64,000 nt of DNA from Nitrospiraceae bacterium (GTDB lineage Bacteria; Nitrospirota; Nitrospiria; Nitrospirales; Nitrospiraceae). Shown here piece by piece: positions 57,865-64,000 of this stretch. Position 1 is the first letter of the stretch. Each line of letters opens with the position of its first letter. Below the pieces are notes generated by a model, which was given only the letters and a program-made list of their open reading frames with translations, was not told the DNA's origin and did not search any database. Both the position numbers and the translations under genes were made by a program. Location: positions 32,001 to 96,000 of the forward strand of contig JBFWWG010000013.1 of the NCBI GenBank assembly GCA_050246315.1. Direction: 5' to 3'.

Positions 57865-59793
57865 GTGTTCCGCTACCACCTCCGTTTGGCCGTCCGGTGT
57901 TTCTTCTGCTGCCTACTCATCCTCCTATCCCGCATCGCCGCCGCCACTGTACATGATCCATCCGGTTACCTCAGCGAATTGATTCAAACCGCCGACAGAG
58001 AGGCGCTGGCCGATCGTCGAGAATGGCGACAGCTCCTTCACTACTACCCAAGGCTCTTTGGTGGCATGAAGAGTCAACAGGACGACGAGGGATTCTTTCT
58101 TTCGCGGAAAGGAAAGACCAGTCCTCGGATCGAACTGGAAGCCACCCTGGCCGCCTTTTTCAGAGACGATCTCGTCGGGCGTTCCAGACAACCGGCCCAA
58201 TGCGCGTTCATGGCCCGGTACACATGGTTGAAGCAACAGTTGGCGTTCGATGAGCGGCGCCTGCCTCCGCAACGTTGCGAGCGGTTTGAAAATTGGTTCA
58301 AGGAATTGAATGCCGAGGGCATCAGCCTGATTTTTCCCGCCGGGTTCATGAACAACCCGGCTTCCATGTTCGGACATACTTTTTTACGCATCGATCAGCG
58401 GGGTCAGACCGAGCAGACGCGGATTCTCGCCTACACGATCAATTTCGCGGCGGAAATTCCTCCTGATGCCGGACCGGAATATGCCTACAAGGGAATCTTC
58501 GGAGGCTATCCGGGGCGATATTCGACCATTCCCTACTACTTGAAGGTGCAAGAATACCGCGATATTGAGAACCGCGATATCTGGGAATATCGGCTGAATC
58601 TGTCTGAGGAGCAGATCCGGCGGCTGCTCATGCACGCCTGGGAAATGGGCAATGCCACGTTTGACTATTATTTTTTTGATGAAAACTGCGCCTACCACAT
58701 TCTCTCGCTGCTCGATGCAGCCGACCCGTCATTCCATCTCACCGACGGGTTCCCGTTCTATACCCTGCCGAGCGACACGGTTCGCCGGGTCATCTCGCAC
58801 CCGGGACTGGTCAAGGACGTCGTGTATCGGCCATCGAGACGCACGCTGGTCGGTCAGAAGCAGCGAGCCATGTCGCCAGATGAGAGGGTGCTGCTTGGGA
58901 ACCTGGTTGAGGATCCGCAGGTGTTGCAGACCGACGCGTTTGCCGCGCGCACGCCCGAGCGGCAAGCGTTCCTCATGGATACAGCCTCCGATTACCTCCT
59001 CATGCGAGGGGGGGGAGATCCTCAACGTTCCTCCGTGTTCAAGGATCGTAATCGGGCGATTCTTCTGGCCCGGAGCAGGCTCAAGGTCCTGCCGGAGGAG
59101 CCGCCTATCGTACCATTCACCGACCGGCCCGACCGCGGACACGGTACGGCTCGCGTCGGGGTGGGTGCGGGATGGCGTAACAACGACGCATACACGGAAC
59201 TGGCTTTCCGCGGGGTGTATCATGATCTCCTGGACCCGGAACCGGGCTATACGCCGGATGCGCAGATCGAGTTGGTTTCCGTGGGGCTCAGGTACTACCA
59301 CAATCAAGATCAGACCAGACTGGAACGATTCGGGGTCATGAATGTGGTTTCGTTGTCTCCGATGGATAACCTGTTCAAGGCGCCGTCCTGGAAGATGAAT
59401 CTGGGGATGAACACCATCAAGTACAATACCTGCGATCTGTGCAGCAACGGGGTCGCCGGCGGAGGCATCGGCGCGGCCTTCGAGACCAGGTGGTTCAAAC
59501 GGGAAGTCTACTTTGGGTTTGCTGAGGTCGAGGCGAACTACAGCCGGGCCTATGATGACCGGTATCGGATCGGAGGAGGCGGTACCCTCGGTGTGTTGGC
59601 GGATCTCACCGAACGGTGGAAGCTGCTGGTCTCGTCCACCTATCTCACCTTTCCGCTGGGGGATCGGTCGGACGATTGGCGATGGTCAGTCGGACAACGA
59701 TATACGATCAGCCAGAATCTCGCCCTCCGGCTCGAGTATCATCACCGCGATCACGACAACGATGTTGAGTTCCTGTTGCACGCCTATTTCTGA
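57865..59793 (+). CDS. DUF4105 / Lnb N-terminal-domain protein with a probable C-terminal beta-barrel
   Basis: W..LLHY, NPASMFGHTFLRID, Y..IENRDIWEY.LNL, YYFFDENCAY, YRPS, YHDLLD; ends HAYF. Confidence 0.85.
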   Translation: MFRYHLRLAVRCFFCCLLILLSRIAAATVHDPSGYLSELIQTADREALADRREWRQLLHYYPRLFGGMKSQQDDEGFFLSRKGKTSPRIELEATLAAFFRDDLVGRSRQPAQCAFMARYTWLKQQLAFDERRLPPQRCERFENWFKELNAEGISLIFPAGFMNNPASMFGHTFLRIDQRGQTEQTRILAYTINFAAEIPPDAGPEYAYKGIFGGYPGRYSTIPYYLKVQEYRDIENRDIWEYRLNLSEEQIRRLLMHAWEMGNATFDYYFFDENCAYHILSLLDAADPSFHLTDGFPFYTLPSDTVRRVISHPGLVKDVVYRPSRRTLVGQKQRAMSPDERVLLGNLVEDPQVLQTDAFAARTPERQAFLMDTASDYLLMRGGGDPQRSSVFKDRNRAILLARSRLKVLPEEPPIVPFTDRPDRGHGTARVGVGAGWRNNDAYTELAFRGVYHDLLDPEPGYTPDAQIELVSVGLRYYHNQDQTRLERFGVMNVVSLSPMDNLFKAPSWKMNLGMNTIKYNTCDLCSNGVAGGGIGAAFETRWFKREVYFGFAEVEANYSRAYDDRYRIGGGGTLGVLADLTERWKLLVSSTYLTFPLGDRSDDWRWSVGQRYTISQNLALRLEYHHRDHDNDVEFLLHAYF

Positions 59794-59815
59794 GCTGTGA
59801 GAGACCGAAGGGACT

Positions 59816-60571
59816 ATGCTCGACCGGCTGTTCCTCTATCATCCGGCGCCCTGGGAGGAGCGTGACTGGGCAAGGTTGAGCGGTCTTCCGCTTGAGGAAG
59901 TGCGGTTCCGGGCGAAGGATGGTCCGGAACTGTTCGGTTGGTATCTCAGGGCTTCCCGGTCGTCGGCCGTGTTGTTATGGTGTCACGGCAATGCAGGTAA
60001 CGTGACGCACCGGCTGGAAAATCTTCGCGCCCTCTACCAAACCGGCCTTTCGGTGCTGCTCTTTGATTATCGTGGCTATGGCCGCAGCGAAGGTCGACCG
60101 TCCGAGCAGGGGCTGTATCGAGACGCCCTAGCCGCCTACGACCACTTGGTCACCCATCAGCACATCGACTCGGAACGACTGGTGTTGTTTGGACGGTCGC
60201 TCGGGGGAGCCGTGGCCGGCGAACTGGCAGTGCGACGTCGGGCAGCGGGTCTGATTCTGGAATCGACGTTTCCGTCCGTCGAGGCCGTTGCCAGATTCCA
60301 CTACTGGGGGTTGCCCGCTCATTGGCTGATTGGCGCCGAATTCCGTTTGGTCGACCGGTTGCCGCACCTCATGCTTCCATCCCTTGTGATCCATGGAGAT
60401 CAAGACGATCTGATTCCCCCGGCCTTGGGGAAGGCCGTCTTCGATGCGCTCAAGGGACCCAAGACCTTTTACCTGGTGAAAGGAGCCGATCATAATAACT
60501 TGCCGTTTCAGGGAGGACTCGCCTATTTCACCCGCCTTCGTTCGTTCATCGAGTCCGTCGTTCGGGGATAG
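59816..60571 (+). CDS. Alpha/beta hydrolase (ABHD13/Bem46-like)
   Basis: CHGNAGN, DYRGYGRSEG.PSE.GLY.D, GRSLGG, HGDQD, GADHN. Confidence 0.92.
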   Translation: MLDRLFLYHPAPWEERDWARLSGLPLEEVRFRAKDGPELFGWYLRASRSSAVLLWCHGNAGNVTHRLENLRALYQTGLSVLLFDYRGYGRSEGRPSEQGLYRDALAAYDHLVTHQHIDSERLVLFGRSLGGAVAGELAVRRRAAGLILESTFPSVEAVARFHYWGLPAHWLIGAEFRLVDRLPHLMLPSLVIHGDQDDLIPPALGKAVFDALKGPKTFYLVKGADHNNLPFQGGLAYFTRLRSFIESVVRG

Positions 60572-60877
60572 CTCGCTTCTTGCACCAAAATTCGTCACCA
60601 TTCACCCGGTGCTCTGTGATCTCAACGAATGGGACGGCAATTGCAGGAAGAGGCATCGTGAATCCTTCGGGGCTAGGACCACTCCCTAACACAGCCCTTC
60701 AAACGACCTAATCCCTCTCCACAACTATGGATCCGGTAGCGAGACTCATTCATCACGAACATACGAGTCTCAATGGATCGAGTCTTGCATTGCTTACGAT
60801 CTCCCTCAGTCTAGTGGTTAAGAGGTGTGCTTACGTATTCAAATGCTTAGGCGGACAGTGTACAATCTGGAACACTC

Positions 60878-61384
60878 ATGAGATTGCCGGTCAAAATGAG
60901 CGTGGGTTATGAAGGTGCCACGCTGGTCCTCGACAATACCCGAGAACTGCTGTCCGTGATCTCTCCGGCTGGAGAGGTCCTGGGGACGGTCAGTTGGGCC
61001 TCTGTGATCGAGTTGGTTCAAAGCCGGCAAGAAAGTGATGATCGGGAATCGGTCCAGGGGATGGTTCCCCTGGCGTTGAAGGTGCAGTACCATGCGGCAG
61101 GATCTGTATCCGGCGAGGGGCTCACGGCGGAATTCGGAGGAGGTGGGTTTTTCCTGGAGACCGGCACTCCGTTGCCTGTCGGGACCGAGCTCACCGTCGA
61201 GTTTTCCTTACCTGATCAGCCGCATCAACTGCATGCATCGAAAGCCAAAGTCGTGTGGGTTCGGCACAAACCGGAACGTCATCTCTTTCTTCCGGGGATG
61301 GAAGTGCAGTTTGTCGATCTCCCGGAGACTGTCCATCGGCAGGTCCGCGACCTTGTCGCAGCGCTCCAGCGGGCCAGGCGCTGA
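60878..61384 (+). CDS. PilZ-like domain protein
   Basis: GGGGFFLET..PLPVGTELTVEFSLP, AKVVW, GMEVQF. Confidence 0.75.
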   Translation: MRLPVKMSVGYEGATLVLDNTRELLSVISPAGEVLGTVSWASVIELVQSRQESDDRESVQGMVPLALKVQYHAAGSVSGEGLTAEFGGGGFFLETGTPLPVGTELTVEFSLPDQPHQLHASKAKVVWVRHKPERHLFLPGMEVQFVDLPETVHRQVRDLVAALQRARR

Positions 61385-61622
61385 TTTTCCGCCCCACCGT
61401 TAACAGACCGGCACCCATGGTCGTTTCCCTTTCCGATCCCCAATACCGACATTGTGAATCTGGTTTCGCACACGGGTAGGAAGCGGCCGGATCGATTTTA
61501 TCCGTCCACTCTCTGAGATACTTTGAGTTGTCGCTCTCTATTTGCTAAAGTTCAGCCTTCTACGCAGTTCATACAATCAGGATAAGTTGAATACAGTGGA
61601 ATGTCATTGCGAGGGTAGGACT

Positions 61623-62597
61623 GTGTCAGCAGTGGGATGTCGGAGGTGGCGAGAGGCCCTGCTGTGGCTTGTCCTCATCAGTCTGAGCGGATGCGCCGAT
61701 CACATCGAGTTGCTTCAGGCCAGCCACGCCTCGTCATTTCACCTGTCATCGGTCCTGCCGACAGCCGAACAGGAACGAATCCCCGTCTCGATGGCAGCGG
61801 CCGCCGAACCAGTCATGGCTGGCTCGCAAACGCCCCCCCCTTCGCCGCAGTCTGCCCAATCAGGCACAACCGATTTGCCCGACGACCTTGCCGGGGACGA
61901 GCCCTTCGATCCGTTTGCCAGTCCGCAAGATGTTGTCGAGGAATACGATCCCTGGGAGCCGTTGAACGTCTTTATGTTCGAGGTCAACCGCAAGATCGAC
62001 ACGTATGCCCTCAAGCCGATTGCCAGGGCCTATAACGCCGTGCTTCCCAATGATGTTCAGCGAGGGGTGCAGAATTTCTTTCATAACGCTCGTACAGGGC
62101 CTCGATTCTTCAACAATCTATTCCAAGGGAAGCTGAGAGGGGCGGGTATAGAACTCGGCCGCTTTGCGCTCAACACCACCTTTGGTCTCGGCGGCTTCTT
62201 TGACGTGGCCAAGCACATGCGAATCGAGACGCCCGATGAGGATTTTGGCCAGACGTTGGGCTATTACAACGTGCCGCAGGGACCCTATCTCGTCATCCCG
62301 CTGTTTCCGCCGTTCACGGTCCGCGATTTTACCGGTTACTTGATGGATCTGGCGCTTGATCCGATCAACTGGCTGGTGTTTCCGATCATTGAGATCAACA
62401 ACGTTCCCTCGTTGGTCGCCCACCAAAACCGCATGACCACCACAATTGTGCAACTGGGTTCCCGAGCCACCTTCATCGTCAATGAGCGGTCGCGTAATCT
62501 GGAGACGTTCGAAGGAGTTGAGGAGTCTACAATCGACCTGTACAGTGCCGTCCGCAACGCCTATCTGCAGAAACGCGTGAAGCTGGTTCGGGAGTAA
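61623..62597 (+). CDS. mlaA: VacJ/MlaA family lipoprotein
   Basis: Lipobox LSGC; DPWEPLN, LKPIA, RFALNTTFGLGG, EDFGQTLG, GPYLVIP, DLYSAVRNAYLQ. Confidence 0.92.
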   Translation: MSAVGCRRWREALLWLVLISLSGCADHIELLQASHASSFHLSSVLPTAEQERIPVSMAAAAEPVMAGSQTPPPSPQSAQSGTTDLPDDLAGDEPFDPFASPQDVVEEYDPWEPLNVFMFEVNRKIDTYALKPIARAYNAVLPNDVQRGVQNFFHNARTGPRFFNNLFQGKLRGAGIELGRFALNTTFGLGGFFDVAKHMRIETPDEDFGQTLGYYNVPQGPYLVIPLFPPFTVRDFTGYLMDLALDPINWLVFPIIEINNVPSLVAHQNRMTTTIVQLGSRATFIVNERSRNLETFEGVEESTIDLYSAVRNAYLQKRVKLVRE

Positions 62598-62605
62598 GAT
62601 GAAAT

Positions 62606-62713
62606 CGTCACTCGTCAAACGTCATTGGTCATTCGAGAGAGTTTCTCTCCAGGGGGGAGTCATCGGAGCGTGGGAGTTTGTAGCGGCCGACGAATGAGGC
62701 TTGACCCTTGACG
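62606..62713. repeat. Inverted heptamer array between convergent genes
   Basis: cgtcact cgtcaaa cgtcatt ggtcatt ... gccgacg aatgagg cttgacc cttgacg. Confidence 0.7.
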
Positions 62714-62721
62714 CGACCGCT

Positions 62722-63924
62722 TCAGGCGATCACGCCGAGTTCCCGTCCGACCTTGGCGAAGGCCTGCACCGCACGGTCCAGGTGCTCTCTGGTATGGGCG
62801 GCAGAGAGTTGCACGCGAATGCGGGCATGACCTTTCGGGACCACGGGGTAGCTGAACCCCACCACATAGATTCCTTCTTGGAGTAACCGGTCGGCCATTC
62901 TTGTCGCCAAGGTCGCATCGCCCAGCATGATCGGAACGATCGGGTGGGTGCCGGGCAGCAGTTGGAACCCCAAGCGACTCAGCTCCGTGCGGAAGAACTC
63001 GCTGTTCGCCTGGAGCGCGGCGCGAAGCCCATCCCCCTGGGCGACTAGCTTCACGGCCTGGAGCGCTGCCGCCGCAATCACGGGTGGAAGCGAATTCGAG
63101 AAGAGATAGGGACGGGATCGCTGGCGCAGCAGTTCGATGATCTCCGTACGTCCCGTCGTGAATCCGCCGGCTGCGCCGCCCAGAGCTTTTCCCAATGTGC
63201 TGGTGATCAGATCAATGCGGTTCGCGACCCCGAAGTGAGCGGGTGTGCCCCGCCCCCCAGGCCCCAACACCCCGGTCGCATGACTGTCGTCCACGACGAC
63301 GACGGCGTCGTACCGGTCGGCCAAGTCCGCGATCCGATCCAGCGGCGCCAGATCGCCGTCCATGGAGAAGACGCCGTCGGTGGCGATCAGACGGAGGCGG
63401 CAGGAAGCCGCCTCCGTCAAGGCCGCCTCCAATTCGCCCATGTCGGCGTGCGCATAGCGGAACCGTTTAGCTTTGCAGAGGCGAATGCCGTCGATCAGGC
63501 TGGCATGATTGAGCGCATCGCTGATGACTGCATCCTCTTCACCCAACAGCGTGTCGAACAGCCCGCCGTTCGCATCGAAACAGGAACTGTAGAGGATGGT
63601 ATCTCCGGTCCCGAGGAAGGTGCTGACGGCCCGCTCAAGACGCCGATGCAGGTCTTGTGTCCCGCAAATAAACCGCACGGAAGCCATTCCGTAACCATGT
63701 TGATCGAGTCCGTCCTTTGCGGATCTGCGGATCTCCGGATGGTTGGCGAGGCCGAGATAGTTATTGGCACAGAAGTTCAGTGCCTCGCGATGGCCGTGCC
63801 CGTGGGCCACCTGGATTTCAGCCCCTTGAGGGCCGAGCAGGTGCCGCTCGGTCTTGTAGAGGCCGGCACTCCGAATCTCGGACAGTTGGCGCTCGACGAT
63901 GCTCTTCAACGACCCGTAAGCCAT
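62722..63924 (-). CDS. kbl: Glycine C-acetyltransferase (2-amino-3-ketobutyrate CoA ligase)
   Basis: [68 protein letters not shown]. Confidence 0.96.
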   Translation of the reverse strand: MAYGSLKSIVERQLSEIRSAGLYKTERHLLGPQGAEIQVAHGHGHREALNFCANNYLGLANHPEIRRSAKDGLDQHGYGMASVRFICGTQDLHRRLERAVSTFLGTGDTILYSSCFDANGGLFDTLLGEEDAVISDALNHASLIDGIRLCKAKRFRYAHADMGELEAALTEAASCRLRLIATDGVFSMDGDLAPLDRIADLADRYDAVVVVDDSHATGVLGPGGRGTPAHFGVANRIDLITSTLGKALGGAAGGFTTGRTEIIELLRQRSRPYLFSNSLPPVIAAAALQAVKLVAQGDGLRAALQANSEFFRTELSRLGFQLLPGTHPIVPIMLGDATLATRMADRLLQEGIYVVGFSYPVVPKGHARIRVQLSAAHTREHLDRAVQAFAKVGRELGVIA

Positions 63925-64000
63925 CTCACCTGTCTCCGATTGAAGGGCCGAGGGGAGGCCGGGGATTTCAGAATAACCTCAGGCGATTCTAAGGAAATAG

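Noticed and set aside
60594..60640. GTC-A-CCATTC...GAATGG-GAC hairpin upstream of the PilZ-like gene, superficially like the P2 stem of a c-di-GMP-I riboswitch
   Set aside because: No GNRA tetraloop, no GGCAAA/GCAAAGC junction and no receptor helix; an Rfam scan would be needed to revive it
60741..60771. GAGACTC-N17-GAGTCTC inverted repeat
   Set aside because: A single 7-bp repeat that could arise by chance; no second copy or known motif

Overview
A GC-rich, gene-dense bacterial chromosome segment. Gene content and repeat style suggest a Nitrospira-like organism (inference). No rRNA, tRNA, CRISPR array or intact transposase was recognised. The window has five parts. (1) 1-2.3 kb: C-terminal part of a Ca2+-type P-type ATPase, a dodecin and small basic ORFs. 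(2) 2.3-31.9 kb: a large alpha-glucan/trehalose/osmolyte island (glgX, treZ, mscS, CBM48 protein, glgC, treY, DUF5752-like protein, treS, treT, a glucosylglycerate-synthase-like GT2, a CmpX-like membrane protein, glgE, maltokinase, glgB). Embedded in it are a zinc-metallopeptidase + ATP-grasp pair, TPR and lipoprotein genes and a frameshifted lytic transglycosylase. (3) 31.9-44.8 kb: two convergent heavy-metal RND loci (C-B-A preceded by a signal-peptide/RPP-ending upstream ORF, and a second B-A pair) flanking a LapA-like gene and mpgP. (4) 45-55.5 kb: thermonuclease, a 1405-aa TPR/acidic-linker membrane protein, amidohydrolase, AIM24-like protein, M48 peptidase and metallophosphoesterase. (5) 55.6-64 kb: an envelope cluster (two tandem TRL-like lipoproteins, an OM beta-barrel, DUF3015, a DUF4105/Lnb-like Cys-His protein and an alpha/beta hydrolase), then a PilZ-like gene, mlaA and kbl. 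Intergenic DNA carries several MITE-like elements and three inverted heptamer-array elements. The best candidates for undescribed systems are the TRL-DUF3015-DUF4105 envelope module, the RPP-ending uORF in front of the efflux operon, and the peptidase/ATP-grasp pair. All family assignments come from motif recognition by eye, not from database searches.
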